From assembly GCA_963710605.1 (NCBI GenBank), contig CAVQBA010000004.1, positions 608,001 to 672,000 of the forward strand: 64,000 nucleotides of DNA, given 5' to 3'. Positions 1-10,110 of this stretch are shown piece after piece. How positions within the stretch are numbered: the first letter of the stretch is position 1; each line of letters opens with the position of its first letter. Source of the stretch: an uncultured cyanobacterium. Lineage in GTDB: Bacteria; Cyanobacteriota; Cyanobacteriia; Cyanobacteriales; Cyanobacteriaceae. Position numbers and translations under genes: made by a program. The notes beneath the pieces were generated by a model. It was given only the letters and a program-made list of their open reading frames with translations, did no database searches and had not been told where the DNA came from.

Positions 1-327
1 ATTACAAGTGTTCTGATCGTTCTTTTAGTTATACCTTTAGGTATCAGTTTTTGGCAATTAGTTAGCAAATCACGAATTGATGATTCAATTGAAAAAATAC
101 TCAGAAAACGCTCTTCAGTTGATCGTCGTGATGTTCAAATTGTTGATACAGAAGTTGATTGGAGTAAAGAGCCACCCGAAATTATAGTTCAAGTAAAAGC
201 GATCGACCCCATTACTACCAATGAAGTGAGAATAGTAGAGCAATCTCTAGAGTCAGAATTAGATAGGACTTTTACAGTTATATTTGATGTCACTCCTAAT
301 ACCCTAGTAAAATCTGGCTATGACTAA
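1..327 (+). CDS. 3' part of a probable DUF389-family membrane protein (truncated by window edge)
   Basis: Frame 1 is open from base 1 to TAA at 325-327: ITSVLIVLLVIPLGISFWQL...VDWSKEPPEIIVQV...; resembles C-termini of cyanobacterial DUF389 proteins (recalled, not searched). Confidence 0.55.
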   Translation: MTSVLIVLLVIPLGISFWQLVSKSRIDDSIEKILRKRSSVDRRDVQIVDTEVDWSKEPPEIIVQVKAIDPITTNEVRIVEQSLESELDRTFTVIFDVTPNTLVKSGYD

Positions 328-456
328 TTTTTAAAATTTTTAAATATATATTTTTAACTAATTTCAATAAACAAATATGATAAGCAAGTCATATCGATAA
401 TTATTACTAATTTTATTTAACATCAAACTATTTATCGAGCTATGTAACTTGAGATA

Positions 457-1671
457 ATGAAATCACCGCTAAAAATTCTACTTATAGATAATCATTTGAC
501 TGAATCAGTTCAACTAAGTCAATTAATAAAGAAGGAAAAAAACACTACTTTAGAAATTGTTCAAGTTGTTGATTCACAAATAGCTTTGTCTATTTGGAAA
601 AACAATATTTTTGACGGTGTTATACTCAAATGTGATTCATCTAACTTAGATACTATTGATTTGGTTAAACAGTTATCTGCTTTGAAAACGTTTATCCCGA
701 TCGTTGTTGTATTAGTTGATTATGACGAGTCATTTGCCTCAAAGATAGTCGAAGCAGGTGCATCTGATTATTTTTATGAGTCACAAGTTACTCCTTTGAT
801 TATCGAAAAAACATTTCGTCAAGCTATACGTGTATATCAAGCAGAAGCAGAAGCTAGACGAACAAATCGTAAATTAAAAAATAGAGAAAGATTACTGAGG
901 AAAAAAAATAATGAACTAAAAAGACAGAAACAGAAGATTAAGTTACAAACATCTGAATTAGACAAAGCCTATCAACTTAAATCACAGTTTTTATCAACTC
1001 TTTCTCATGAGCTAAGAACTCCGATGAATGCTATCATGGGCTTTTCTCAACTTTTATTACGTAACTATCCTGATCCTTTAACATCTAATCAAACCGATAT
1101 GTTAGAAAGGATATATGGTAATAGTCAAGATCTTTTAACCATGATCAATGAGGTTTTAGATTTTTCAGAAATCGAAACAGGCAGAATAAAATTTAAAATA
1201 GAAAAATTTAATTTATCTAACTTTGTTACCTCAACAGTAAATGAAATACGTCCTTTGGCAACGCAAAAAAATTTAACTTTAGATTTAAAATTAGATTTAA
1301 ATGATCCGATCGTTGAAAATGATTGTTTTTTTTGCCGTAGTATTTTAACTAATCTACTTTCAAATGCACTTAAGTTCACTTTTAAAGGTGGAGTTTTTGT
1401 TCATGTATGGGAGATAGACAATAATCGGATTGCGATTGCGATTAAAGATACGGGTATAGGCATCTGCGAACAATCTCTTAAAACTATTTTTAAACCTTTT
1501 AGACAAGTTGATCAGAGTATTACCCGTGAATACACTGGTACCGGTTTAGGTTTAGCAATAGTTAATTCTTTAACTACAAAAATGAAAGGAGCGATTACTG
1601 TAAAAAGTAATCTAAATGAAGGCTCTATATTTCAAATAGAAATTCCTCGTTACCTTTATATTCATCAATAG
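457..1671 (+). CDS. Hybrid sensor histidine kinase (degenerate N-terminal REC, coiled coil, HisKA, HATPase_c)
   Basis: H-box LSHELRTPMNAIMGF, N-box NLLSNALKFT, G1 DTGIGI, G2 GTGLGLAIV. Confidence 0.92.
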   Translation: MKSPLKILLIDNHLTESVQLSQLIKKEKNTTLEIVQVVDSQIALSIWKNNIFDGVILKCDSSNLDTIDLVKQLSALKTFIPIVVVLVDYDESFASKIVEAGASDYFYESQVTPLIIEKTFRQAIRVYQAEAEARRTNRKLKNRERLLRKKNNELKRQKQKIKLQTSELDKAYQLKSQFLSTLSHELRTPMNAIMGFSQLLLRNYPDPLTSNQTDMLERIYGNSQDLLTMINEVLDFSEIETGRIKFKIEKFNLSNFVTSTVNEIRPLATQKNLTLDLKLDLNDPIVENDCFFCRSILTNLLSNALKFTFKGGVFVHVWEIDNNRIAIAIKDTGIGICEQSLKTIFKPFRQVDQSITREYTGTGLGLAIVNSLTTKMKGAITVKSNLNEGSIFQIEIPRYLYIHQ

Positions 1672-1767
1672 CTACCTTTTTTAGGAAAATAACTTTTTAA
1701 ATAGTCTAAATTTAATATCTAACTTGAATTCGTCTTGATTATAAACAATTAATAACCATAACCAAAA

Positions 1768-2880
1768 ATGCCTATTACAGAAATTCAATCGCAAAAATAT
1801 ATTCTGGTAGTAGATGATCTTCCTGATAATCAATTTTTAGTTAGATTAGCATTAGAACAAGAAGGTCATCAAATTATAGCTGTCGGTGATGGTATTACAG
1901 CATTGAAGCAAATAGAAAAATCACCTCCTAATCTAATTTTGTTAGATGTGATGATGCCTGAAATGGATGGTTATGAAGTTACTAGACGTATTCGTAGTAA
2001 TCCTAATCTACCTTTTATCCCAATTATTTTAATTACAGCCCATCAACAGAATAGTGTTGTAGAAGGTTTAGATGCTGGGGCGGATGAATTTATACATAAA
2101 CCTTTTCAAATTGATGAATTACAAGCAAGAGTACGTTGTCTATTGAGGTTAAAAGAGACGATCGAACAAAGAGAAAGTTTCGTTTCTTGTTTAACTCATG
2201 ATTTACGAACACCATTGGTGGCAATAGATAGAATGTTATTACTGATTAAACAAGGTTGTTTTGGCGATCTTTCTGATACTGTTCAAGAAGCCCTGACTAA
2301 TATTGGTAGTAGTAATCAAAATTTATTAGCTTTATTGAATAACTTGTTGGAAGTTTATGGTTATGAAGTAGGGCAAAAATGTCTTAATTTTAAATCTTTT
2401 GATTTATGGGAATTAATTAAGGAAGTCTGTACCGAATTATTTCCTTTAGCGGATGAAAAAAATCTCGCTTTGGATCTAGATAATACAGCACAGCGAGAAG
2501 AAATAGTTGGCGATCGTTTAGAATTAAGAAGAGTTATTGTCAATTTAGTTAGTAATGCAATTAAATTTACTGACAGTGGCAAAGTTAAAATTAGTTTAAA
2601 ATCAGCACCGAGCAAAGTAATTAAAACTGATGGATATAAAATATCTTCGCCAATACTTTTAATTGAAGTTGAAGATACAGGAATAGGAATTAGTACCGAA
2701 AGTAAGCATAAAATATTCGATCGTTTCCGCCAAGGTAATCATAAACGCTCAGGACATGGATTAGGTTTATATTTATGTTATAAAATAGTTGAGTCTCATT
2801 ATGGTCAAATTGAAGTTGAATCTGAAGAGGAAAAAGGCTCATTATTTAAAATTTATTTACCTGTTAATTCAAAATCTTGA
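1768..2880 (+). CDS. Hybrid histidine kinase / response regulator (REC-HisKA-HATPase_c)
   Basis: ILVVDD...LLDVMMPEMDG...KPF receiver; THDLRTPL; NLVSNAIKFT; DTGIGI; GLGLYLC. Confidence 0.93.
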   Translation: MPITEIQSQKYILVVDDLPDNQFLVRLALEQEGHQIIAVGDGITALKQIEKSPPNLILLDVMMPEMDGYEVTRRIRSNPNLPFIPIILITAHQQNSVVEGLDAGADEFIHKPFQIDELQARVRCLLRLKETIEQRESFVSCLTHDLRTPLVAIDRMLLLIKQGCFGDLSDTVQEALTNIGSSNQNLLALLNNLLEVYGYEVGQKCLNFKSFDLWELIKEVCTELFPLADEKNLALDLDNTAQREEIVGDRLELRRVIVNLVSNAIKFTDSGKVKISLKSAPSKVIKTDGYKISSPILLIEVEDTGIGISTESKHKIFDRFRQGNHKRSGHGLGLYLCYKIVESHYGQIEVESEEEKGSLFKIYLPVNSKS

Positions 2881-2987
2881 TAGCTGAGATTACTACTAAC
2901 TAAAATGTTGATTTGATAGTTATTCAATCTAATCTTTAAGCTAAATATTAAAGAACAAGTTTAGTGAACTTATGAACTAAAAAACGA

Positions 2988-3308
2988 TTATTTTTCATTT
3001 TCATTAATCTTAATGTTGTCGTCTATTTGTTGTTGTGTTTCTTCTTTTTCCATCTGTGATGATGGCTTGATTTGATCAGATTCTGATTCAGTTATAAGTG
3101 TCGGAGTTTCTTTTTTTTGAGGTAGTGGTTTATTCTCTTGTTGTAGTTTTTGAATTTGCTCTTCGATAATGTCATTCCCACGTTCAAAAAACTGTTGTGA
3201 ATCTTGCCCTCTAAACTGAGCTAAAGCCTGAGGTTGATGAACAGCAATTAGACATAGACAACTAGAAATTACGCCACACAAAGATCTGTATTTGAATTTG
3301 TTATTCAT
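2988..3308 (-). CDS. Small secreted hypothetical protein
   Basis: Signal-peptide-like N-terminus ending QALAQ; Q/E-rich remainder. Confidence 0.65.
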   Translation of the reverse strand: MNNKFKYRSLCGVISSCLCLIAVHQPQALAQFRGQDSQQFFERGNDIIEEQIQKLQQENKPLPQKKETPTLITESESDQIKPSSQMEKEETQQQIDDNIKINENEK

Positions 3309-3578
3309 CGATTTTATTGATTTAATAATAATTAAGTTTTCCTTGAAAACAGACTCAGCTAAAATTTATTACTATTAATAATTAAACATTTTTAATAGCT
3401 TAATAATTTGAAGTACACAATAATTATAGCAATAGGTAAAAATAATCGATTGAAATGACTAATGACAGCTTTTCTTCGCCAAGGGAAACAGAACTTACAA
3501 ATTTAGATGATACTTTATGATCGTAGGGAACGCTATAATTAAATTATCAAGATATTTTTAGAAAATAAATAAAGTATT

Positions 3579-3881
3579 ATGAGTTCAGAACCTAAACCTA
3601 ATTGGAAAGAAAAACTAGAAGAAATAGAGGTAGAAATGTCCAACGAAAACACTTCTATTAACAAACAGACATTTTCTAAAGCGATCGCTACTACCCAAAA
3701 TTGGTTTTTAATGTTGCCAACAGTCGGTAAAGTTTTAGTCAGTTTATTTGCAGTCGGAATATTTTTCTCTTTACTAAGTACTGTTTTTTCTTTGTTGAAA
3801 CTAGTTTTTAGTTTAGCTATTTTAGGTGTGATTGGTTATGTGACTTATCAATTTATACTTAAATCCAATCAAGAAGAATAA
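3579..3881 (+). CDS. Conserved-type small membrane protein (2 TM)
   Basis: Charged N-terminus then two hydrophobic helices. Confidence 0.7.
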   Translation: MSSEPKPNWKEKLEEIEVEMSNENTSINKQTFSKAIATTQNWFLMLPTVGKVLVSLFAVGIFFSLLSTVFSLLKLVFSLAILGVIGYVTYQFILKSNQEE

Positions 3882-4105
3882 GTTGTTTGTTTAGATGCTG
3901 GGAAAGTTAGTTCGTTTTTGCAATAATTAATAACTCTGTTTAGCATCATTTAATTGGTAAAAACAAATATAGCAATCATAAAAATTACTCGCTAAGAAAA
4001 AAAGATTAGCTGATACTAAATCTTTAGTCTCAAGAAATAAATTTAACGATCGCTTCTATTATTTATAATTACAAAAGATATATTTTTTGGGGAGTAGATT
4101 TGGTA

Positions 4106-5098
4106 TTAGTTATGATTACCATCACCGTTATTTTCGGTATTGGCTAATTTTTTAACCGCACGAGCAAAATTCATTTGCCTTGGTGATTTGCTTTGAGGAT
4201 TAGCTGGCCAACCTTCACGTTGACGAGAACGATCGCCATCAAACTCATCTGTTTGATCATGGAATAAAATTTGTTGTGTCGGGAATGGTAAATCAATACC
4301 AGCTTCAACCAGTTTAATACAAAGAACTTCTAAAATTTGATCATAAGAATCGATCGCTTCAGCACGACGAGGAGGATCGATCCACCAACGAGCTCGAATA
4401 TTAATCGTACTACCTGCCAAATCAACGACTAAAGCCTCTGGCTCAGGAGATTGAACAACATCATCTTGATTACGCAACACATCAAGAATTATTTTTTTCG
4501 CTTGAGCGATATCATCACCGTAACCAATACCAATATCATATTGCAAACGGCGTTTTTCAAAGGCAGTATTGACAGTTACAGAATTAGTAAACAATTCACC
4601 ATTAGGAATTACTACACGACGACCGTCATAAGTACGTATTGTAGTCGCACGAGTTTGAATTTTCTCGACTGTACCTTCATAATCTTTAAAAACAATTTGA
4701 TCGTTGATTTGAAATGGTTCAGTTAAGAGTATTAATATTCCTGCTAAAAAGTTTTGTAATACATCTCGAAAAGCAAAACCAATTGCTACACCACCTATTC
4801 CTAAGGTAGATAATAAATCGGCTGGTTCAAAACTGGGAAAAACGATCGTAACGGCAATCAGTAAACCGAGAATTATAATAGCACCTTGAGCCAGACGAGC
4901 AAATACTAATCCTACATTACGAGATTTTTTACGGCTACTAGCCATTCGACGGACAAATGTCCTTACAAGCTGAGCGATAATCCAAAAAACAACAAAAACA
5001 ATAACCCCTAAAATTAGATTAGGAATAAGTTTGATTGCATATTGAACCATCGATTCTAATTTTTGCCAAGCTAAAGACAGAGAAATATCGTCGTCCAT
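4106..5098 (-). CDS. mscS: Small-conductance mechanosensitive channel (MscS family)
   Basis: GIGGVAIGFAFRDVLQNFLAG, PFQINDQI, GTVEKIQTRATTIRTYDGRRVVIPN. Confidence 0.9.
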   Translation of the reverse strand: MDDDISLSLAWQKLESMVQYAIKLIPNLILGVIVFVVFWIIAQLVRTFVRRMASSRKKSRNVGLVFARLAQGAIIILGLLIAVTIVFPSFEPADLLSTLGIGGVAIGFAFRDVLQNFLAGILILLTEPFQINDQIVFKDYEGTVEKIQTRATTIRTYDGRRVVIPNGELFTNSVTVNTAFEKRRLQYDIGIGYGDDIAQAKKIILDVLRNQDDVVQSPEPEALVVDLAGSTINIRARWWIDPPRRAEAIDSYDQILEVLCIKLVEAGIDLPFPTQQILFHDQTDEFDGDRSRQREGWPANPQSKSPRQMNFARAVKKLANTENNGDGNHN

Positions 5099-5222
5099 TT
5101 TTAATTTTTGTTATAAGTTCCACTTAATCTTAAAGGAGTCGTTTAATTGCTTAATCCTCCTTTAGACAGATTATTAGTAGTAAATAGATAATAGTAAATA
5201 AACAATAATTATTAATTATTAA

Positions 5223-6050
5223 TTACAACAAACTATCCATTAAATCCATTAATTGAATACTTTGAGATGATAGCTCTTTATTTGTAGTTAAGTCTTGGCT
5301 GATTTGAGTTTTTAATAATCCTTTCATGGCGATTAATTTAAGACTATTTTCAGCTAATGTTTCGCTGATTGCTTCTGCTGATTTGACGTAACCGATCGCA
5401 CCTAAATCCATTAATGCCGATCGTCTTAGTTGTAACTCTTCTGTACCTAAAGCTTTAATTAATATTTCACCATAACGATCGTCTTTTGTTAATTGATACA
5501 TAGCTCTGGCCGCCGCATAACTTACTTTAGGAATAGGATGCTGAATAAAAGGCTCAATTAAATCTAGAGCATTTTTTGCCCCAAGAGTACCTAAAGCTTC
5601 TAAGATAGCCTCATAAGGTTGGTTAGGATGAGGTTTTCCGATGACTGATTCCTTGGCATAATTAGTTAATTTATCACCAACGATCGCCCCATATAATAAT
5701 TTAGTTATCGGTGTAATAGCCCTAGAATCAGCCAACATTTCCAAAGCTTGAGCCGCAGACTCACGAACGTAATAATCCTCACAATCTAGACAATCAATCA
5801 AAGGTTCAACGGCGTTAAGAGAATCTAATTTACCCAAGGCTTTAGCCGCATTACGACGTAAAGGGAAACCACCATCAGGAGCCCTATCTTCTTCATCTTG
5901 AAGGGCAAAAATAAGGGCTTCTACTGCTTCTTTTGTCTTAACTCTAAACTTTCCTAGCCACCAAGCGGCATAATATCTTAAACCTAAGTCTTGTTTTTGT
6001 CGGAGATTAGCGATCGCACTTTCGGGAGTTAAATTAGATTCGTTGGTCAT
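5223..6050 (-). CDS. cpcE: Phycocyanin alpha-subunit phycocyanobilin lyase, HEAT repeats
   Basis: RYYAAWWLGKFR, DRAPDGGFPLRRNAAKALG, DYYVRESAAQAL, LAENSLKLIAMKG. Confidence 0.92.
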   Translation of the reverse strand: MTNESNLTPESAIANLRQKQDLGLRYYAAWWLGKFRVKTKEAVEALIFALQDEEDRAPDGGFPLRRNAAKALGKLDSLNAVEPLIDCLDCEDYYVRESAAQALEMLADSRAITPITKLLYGAIVGDKLTNYAKESVIGKPHPNQPYEAILEALGTLGAKNALDLIEPFIQHPIPKVSYAAARAMYQLTKDDRYGEILIKALGTEELQLRRSALMDLGAIGYVKSAEAISETLAENSLKLIAMKGLLKTQISQDLTTNKELSSQSIQLMDLMDSLL

Positions 6051-6116
6051 GGTTGATAATTAATAATGAATAATGTAAACAAGTCCATAGTTGTCAATTG
6101 CTCCCTTGAGCGAGAG

Positions 6117-6325
6117 CAGGGCTGTTTCATGTCTTATTTTTATAATTTCTACAACGCCATAAATATCAGTAAATTTAGCCGTTTTTTTCTAATAATAAAA
6201 AGACAATGTGATCAAATCACTCGATCGAGTATGTAGTAATAGCTTCTAGCTATTTATTTTTTGCTTCTAGCTATTTGTTTTGAGCTTCTAGCTATTTTCT
6301 TCTTCCTTTGAATGAAACAGCCCTG
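6117..6325. mobile_element. MITE (209 bp) with 14-bp terminal inverted repeats
   Basis: CAGGGCTGTTTCAT (6117-6130) / ATGAAACAGCCCTG (6312-6325); flanking direct repeat CTTGAGCGAG(A/G)G at 6105-6116 and 6326-6337; no transposase. Confidence 0.8.
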
Positions 6326-6405
6326 CTTGAGCGAGGGCGGAAGGAAGAAAGTACTTTCAATTCATCCCTCATCCTTTCTACCTCACCCTTTTATCTTTGT
6401 GTTCA

Positions 6406-8190
6406 CTATTTTTTATTATTATCATTATCTTCAAAAAGTTTAGCTAAACTCTCAATATCATCATCGTCATCGTCGGTATCATCATTTTTTGTTTCGGTAA
6501 CAGGTGATGGTTGTTGGTTATCTAACCAAGGATTTGTTTCCTCAACAGTAGATGGTAAATCATTTAGAGATTGAACAATATCTTGAGATGGTACATTCTC
6601 GGCAATTTGAGAATCTGATTTAACCTGACTAGGTATTTCTCTTTCTTCCTCTTTAGTAGTAACAGATTCTGGCTCTAAATCTTGCTCTACGGTTATTTCA
6701 ATCCCACCAACTATTACCTCATCTTCATCTACCGCTTCATCTTCATTTTGTACTGACGATGTTTGGCTATTGTCTTGCTCTTGTTTTTCAAACTCGATCG
6801 ATGATTCGTTGGTTGTTACATCTGAGATGGAAGATTGTGTTTCCTCAACTGGAGATACTAATTCTTCAATATTAGTTTGTGTTTCTTCGTTAGCTAATGG
6901 TAACTCGTCGGTAACAGTTTCTTCTTCGATTGAAGTATTTTCTTCAACTGGTTGTGTTTGTATTTGTTGTTCAATCGTATCCGTAGATATATCTTCAGTT
7001 GCAGTTGTATCAACTGTTGTTTTTTCGATATTTACTGAATCAAATTCTGTTGAGGGAATATCATTCTCTTTTTCAACTATGGTATCTGATAAATCTTGTT
7101 TTTCGATCGCTTCTTCTACTTCTTCTGTGCTAGTTTGCGGCTCAATTTCTGAGACTGACTCTGTATTTTCAGAAGAAAATTCTTCAACTTCATTAATTAT
7201 GACACGATCGTTAAGTGAATCAGTTTTTGATAAAGTTGGCTCTTGTTTTTCTACCTTCTTTTCTACTGGTTTACTCTTATTAGTAGAGATAGTTTTAGTA
7301 GTTTCTGTTTTTGTTTTTGGTTTACGGAATACATTAACAATTCGGCTGAAAAAATTAGGTTTAGTTTCTAGCTGACTATCAATTGATTCGTTGATAGTAG
7401 AAGATGTATCAGCAAAAAAATCTTCCTCTTCAGATTCTAGTTGAGTTTGTGTTTGAATATCTTCAATTTGTTTGGCTTCAGAATTTTCAGGAGTCGTTGT
7501 TAAAGTTATTTCTTCTCTAATAACGGTGACTTTCTCTACTACTGTTTGGTTGACTTCTTCTTCTTCCTCTTCTTGCTCGTTATCATCTTCGGTAATTAAA
7601 CTAGACTCGTTTGTTTCATCCTCAGCAATTTGCGGTTGTGGTAATGTTTCTTCCTCGTTGAGATTATCAGAAATTATTTCTGGCTGTATAGTGGGTTGCT
7701 CGTCGGTGAGAAAGTCTTCGCTTGGTACAGAAGTCGGTTGCGACTGAGGTAAAGTTTCTTCCTTCGCCACGGATGTCGTTGATTCTTGTTCTAAAACAAC
7801 CTCAGGTGTAGCTTTTGGCGTTACAGACTCTGGCACTTTCATGACGGGAGTTTTTTGACGATTAGAAATTTTTGACAAAAATTTACCAATAAAGTTCAAA
7901 AGTGAAAATCCCTCTAAGATTTCGTTAGAATCAGAATTAGCCGTAATTGCCTTTCTTAAAGATTGATTTTCCCACATAAAGGCAAATGTAATTGCGACAC
8001 CCGCCGCTTGCCCTAATAAAACCGCTCCAGTAAATCTGGTGGCACATAACCAAAGGATTAAGGCATAAAATAATCCTAAACCACTCCAGAGAAAGTCGTC
8101 TTTTCGATGTGTCTTTGGACTAAAAAAAGCATTAAACAATAAAGTAATACTCTTAAACGCCATGATGATTGCGAGAAAATAAGCTAACAT
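6406..8190 (-). CDS. ycf66: Ycf66-family protein with long acidic low-complexity C-terminal extension
   Basis: N-terminal AFFSPKTHRKDDFLWSGLGLFYALILW...GAVLLGQ membrane domain; remainder E/T/S/D-rich. Confidence 0.75.
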   Translation of the reverse strand: MLAYFLAIIMAFKSITLLFNAFFSPKTHRKDDFLWSGLGLFYALILWLCATRFTGAVLLGQAAGVAITFAFMWENQSLRKAITANSDSNEILEGFSLLNFIGKFLSKISNRQKTPVMKVPESVTPKATPEVVLEQESTTSVAKEETLPQSQPTSVPSEDFLTDEQPTIQPEIISDNLNEEETLPQPQIAEDETNESSLITEDDNEQEEEEEEVNQTVVEKVTVIREEITLTTTPENSEAKQIEDIQTQTQLESEEEDFFADTSSTINESIDSQLETKPNFFSRIVNVFRKPKTKTETTKTISTNKSKPVEKKVEKQEPTLSKTDSLNDRVIINEVEEFSSENTESVSEIEPQTSTEEVEEAIEKQDLSDTIVEKENDIPSTEFDSVNIEKTTVDTTATEDISTDTIEQQIQTQPVEENTSIEEETVTDELPLANEETQTNIEELVSPVEETQSSISDVTTNESSIEFEKQEQDNSQTSSVQNEDEAVDEDEVIVGGIEITVEQDLEPESVTTKEEEREIPSQVKSDSQIAENVPSQDIVQSLNDLPSTVEETNPWLDNQQPSPVTETKNDDTDDDDDDIESLAKLFEDNDNNKK

Positions 8191-9229
8191 CCGCTTGTTC
8201 TCCTGATGATATTTTGTGATTGCTTGTTGATATTATTATACTTAAACCCGTTGCTTAACAATTAATTAATTCGTATTTTATCTTTTGTTTGCTCAGTTAA
8301 TACTCGAAAATAAATTGACGATTAATCGATTACAAAGCCCGAAGTTGGCTACCTCAGCTTAGAATTAATCAAGACAATCTTACAATTTGATAAGATTTAA
8401 TTTTATTATTGAATCTTCTAACTAAGACAAGAGGTATTACTTCTGAATGATTACTAATTACGACAATAAATTTTTAATTTGACAAGAAATAGATTAAATA
8501 CAGATTTATTTCAATAAGTAAATTTTCTCGATTTTAATTACTTTTGAGCTTGCTTCATTAAAAATGACAATTCTCAATCAATTATCTCGATCGTAAACTG
8601 ATAGAACCATAAATTTATTTTGATATTCATTTTGCTTGAAGTAAAGTAATTGTTAATAACCAAAATAGTTGTCAATTATCGGTAATTTAGTTTCTAATTA
8701 TGGTTTGTGTTATCAACTTATCAACACATATGTGGTTAAAAATATTAACAAAAAACACTTGTTATATTATTATTAAGTTTCGTTTGTTTATGCCAATTAG
8801 CGGGAACGATCGAGAGTATATTGCGTCTATTAGGGTTAAAATGATTAATTTTCGGATAACAAAATTTGAACGAAGATTGTTTAATTATCTTTTAACGGAA
8901 ATAAAATGACGCTAGTCGTGACTATATTATAAATATCTAATGAAAATAATGTATTTTTTAGGTAAAGATTTCAGAGGTGGCGAAAAATTAACAATAATTG
9001 GGTATTATGAACTAGAATAATTAAGTTTTAGAAGTTAATTTATGTAATATTTTTTGTGACTTGAATATTTAATTATTAGTTATATTGCTGATTAACTAAA
9101 GTAATAAGTATATATATTACACCTTGAATTTAGTGGGTAACTTTTTTTCATTTTTTCTTGATTTGAGTTTGAGCTATTCCCTTTAGGTTTTTAAACTGTA
9201 GAAACAAAATTTAAAATATCACTTTAAGT

Positions 9230-10024
9230 ATGTCTAATCAATCTCTTCCAAGTCAAAAATCAACATCTTCAACTAAAAATACTAATACTCATCATCTTTC
9301 GCAAAAAGAAGTTACTGATATCACTACTAAATCTACTGCTACATTAACTCAGAATCAATCGACAACTTCTATGTCTTCTGAAGAAGGTAAAACAGAACGT
9401 AAGCGTTACAAAATTTTAGCAGGAAATGGCTGTCATCAAGCAATCGCCGAAATAAAAGGTATATTAGTACCACCATCAGAACCTGAACAACCTTTTACCT
9501 TAATTTTACCTGATGGTTTACAAATAGAAGCGACATTTAAAACTGCTCGTTTATATTGGATTGCTCAAAACAAAGAATATATTCTTGGGCTTCATTGGTT
9601 TAGAGGTTATCCGAAAATGAAGGATGACAAGCTGATTAGTTTACAAATTATTGCTTGGGATGGCAATATGCCTTCAAACCCAACAGAGGATGAGCATTGG
9701 GAATTTATCGGTATTTGGACAGCACAAAAAAATCTTACCGTACAACGATCGATGATGACCAAAGATATTCGTAAAATTGCTAAAGAAACTGGCTTTATCA
9801 AAAAATTTAAATACACTTTCCTCAATTCTTATGATTGGGCAAAAAGCAAAAAATTATGGATTGGTTATGTTTACAAAATTTTGTGTGTCAGAAAAGGAGA
9901 TAAATTTGAAATAAAAAAAGTCATTCCTTACGCTTGCCCTCGTATTAAACCTGTACCAAAAACAAACAGAGGTAAAACGAGCTACAATAATAAATCTAAC
10001 TCAAAACCCGATAAAAAAGATTGA
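9230..10024 (+). CDS. Conserved-type cyanobacterial hypothetical protein
   Basis: 264-aa ORF with globular core (HWFRGYP, WEFIGIW, PYACPRIKP). Confidence 0.75.
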   Translation: MSNQSLPSQKSTSSTKNTNTHHLSQKEVTDITTKSTATLTQNQSTTSMSSEEGKTERKRYKILAGNGCHQAIAEIKGILVPPSEPEQPFTLILPDGLQIEATFKTARLYWIAQNKEYILGLHWFRGYPKMKDDKLISLQIIAWDGNMPSNPTEDEHWEFIGIWTAQKNLTVQRSMMTKDIRKIAKETGFIKKFKYTFLNSYDWAKSKKLWIGYVYKILCVRKGDKFEIKKVIPYACPRIKPVPKTNRGKTSYNNKSNSKPDKKD

Positions 10025-10110
10025 GTGGAAAATTGAGAATTAGTAAACCAATAAAAAGCGAATAATCATTGCTTATCTTTCATTGGCAATTATTAATTAT
10101 TAATTATTAA

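Noticed and set aside
6308-7747. Plus-strand Ser-rich ORFs (6308, 6770, 7472)
   Set aside because: Antisense shadows of the acidic Ycf66-family gene
8191-9229. 1-kb intergenic region and the 69-aa ORF at 8700 as possible ncRNA or gene
   Set aside because: AT-rich divergent promoter region; no recognisable RNA family, structure or coding signal by eye. An Rfam or RNA-seq check is needed
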